Shown one piece after another: positions 45,801 through 46,648 of a stretch of DNA of 46,648 nt. The stretch's first letter is position 1. The number at the start of each line of letters is the position of its first letter. The position numbers and the translations under genes are program-made. Location: the NCBI RefSeq assembly GCF_001194135.2, contig NC_068984.1:101315331-101361978 (forward strand), in the 5' to 3' direction. Source of the stretch: Octopus bimaculoides. Lineage: Eukaryota. The notes under the pieces were generated by a model. That model was not told where the DNA came from, did not search any database, and saw nothing but the letters and a program-made list of their open reading frames with translations.

Positions 45801-46017
45801 CGAGAGGGTGCTGAAAGGCTCCTGGCTTTAAGGGTGTCGCGAAAGGCCTGGCTGGAGGTCTAACCTTCCAAATTCTTTCTCGAGGCTTAGAAAAATTGAA
45901 GAACTGCTGCAATAAGTGTGAGAATCAGAGAGATGAATATGTTGAATAAAATCATAGTTAACCCGTCCTCCTGTATTTTGTTTTACCCAAACCCAGGAAC
46001 TTTTCATCACCCTCTTG
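45801..46017 (+). mobile_element. Mariner-derived MITE, copy 2 (same family as 8969-9184), TA-flanked
   Basis: TA|cgagagggtgctgaaaggctcctggcttt ... ccaggaacttttcatcaccctcttg|TA. Confidence 0.82.
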
Positions 46018-46648
46018 TATATAGAGTATGCGTGTATTTACGCATTTTTACTTGTAAGTATATTAATCTACACAATTCTACACTCTTTAAACATAACATT
46101 GTATGTATTGAGCACGCCCTTTCTTTTATACCGCATACAATGTACAGAAACGATATGTACGTGCAGTAGGCACACACACGCACGCACACATACATACACA
46201 CACACACACACACACACGCATACTAACATACAGACGAGCGCGCGCTTGCACGCAGACAGGTATGCACACCCAAACGCACACGCACATAAATACGTGCTTT
46301 GAATGTCAGTGTATAAACACATATGAATGCATATATACACACACACATATATCTTTTCTCTTTCAAAAAAGTTTCTCCCAGCGTTCACTATTTCCCTCTC
46401 GTTCTGGTCTAACGACCCTCCATGTTTGTTTTCGTTCGGTTTCCATATATGTCTCCACTGTCATGTTTTTGTTCCCAACTTTGACCCTCCATAAATCCTA
46501 AATTTTATTTTCGAATTTATGGGAGCGACTGTCTTTGAAGGCTCATATTGTCGTTGAATGCTCGAAATGAGGAGTAGATAGACAGCCGACAACTGATGAA
46601 GGGTCCTTTTTCTGTGTTTACTTGTCCTATTTTCCATATTTTTATCGT

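Overview
This is eukaryotic, AT-rich, repeat-saturated draft genomic DNA with 15 N-gaps totalling about 6.6 kb. The tRNA-headed SINE families, microsatellite load and TTAGGG repeat suggest a cephalopod, probably octopus (inference). No intact protein-coding ORF is visible, and almost all ORFs in the track are microsatellite or gap artefacts. Mobile elements: three abundant SINE families (A, B, C); a full-length but dead mariner (20928-22200); mariner and DD37D/maT fragments; several MITEs; and decayed retroelements of the RTE, CR1/L2, Jockey/I-like, CRE-like, R4/Dong-like and Penelope types. A few short unique islands have splice signals and phase-compatible frames, so they may be micro-exons of an unidentified + strand gene with very large introns. 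The most notable observations are: (1) a tandem pair of type I hammerhead-ribozyme motifs with a covarying stem I and a palindromic stem III (10950-11340); (2) a (TTAGGG)n array enclosed by a perfect 31-bp inverted repeat (26921-27105); (3) an RTE LINE ending in two canonically spaced C2H2 zinc fingers; (4) a 171-bp TTAA-bounded foldback element; (5) an 81-bp hAT MITE with perfect TIRs and an 8-bp TSD. All family assignments come from recognising motifs by eye, not from database searches.
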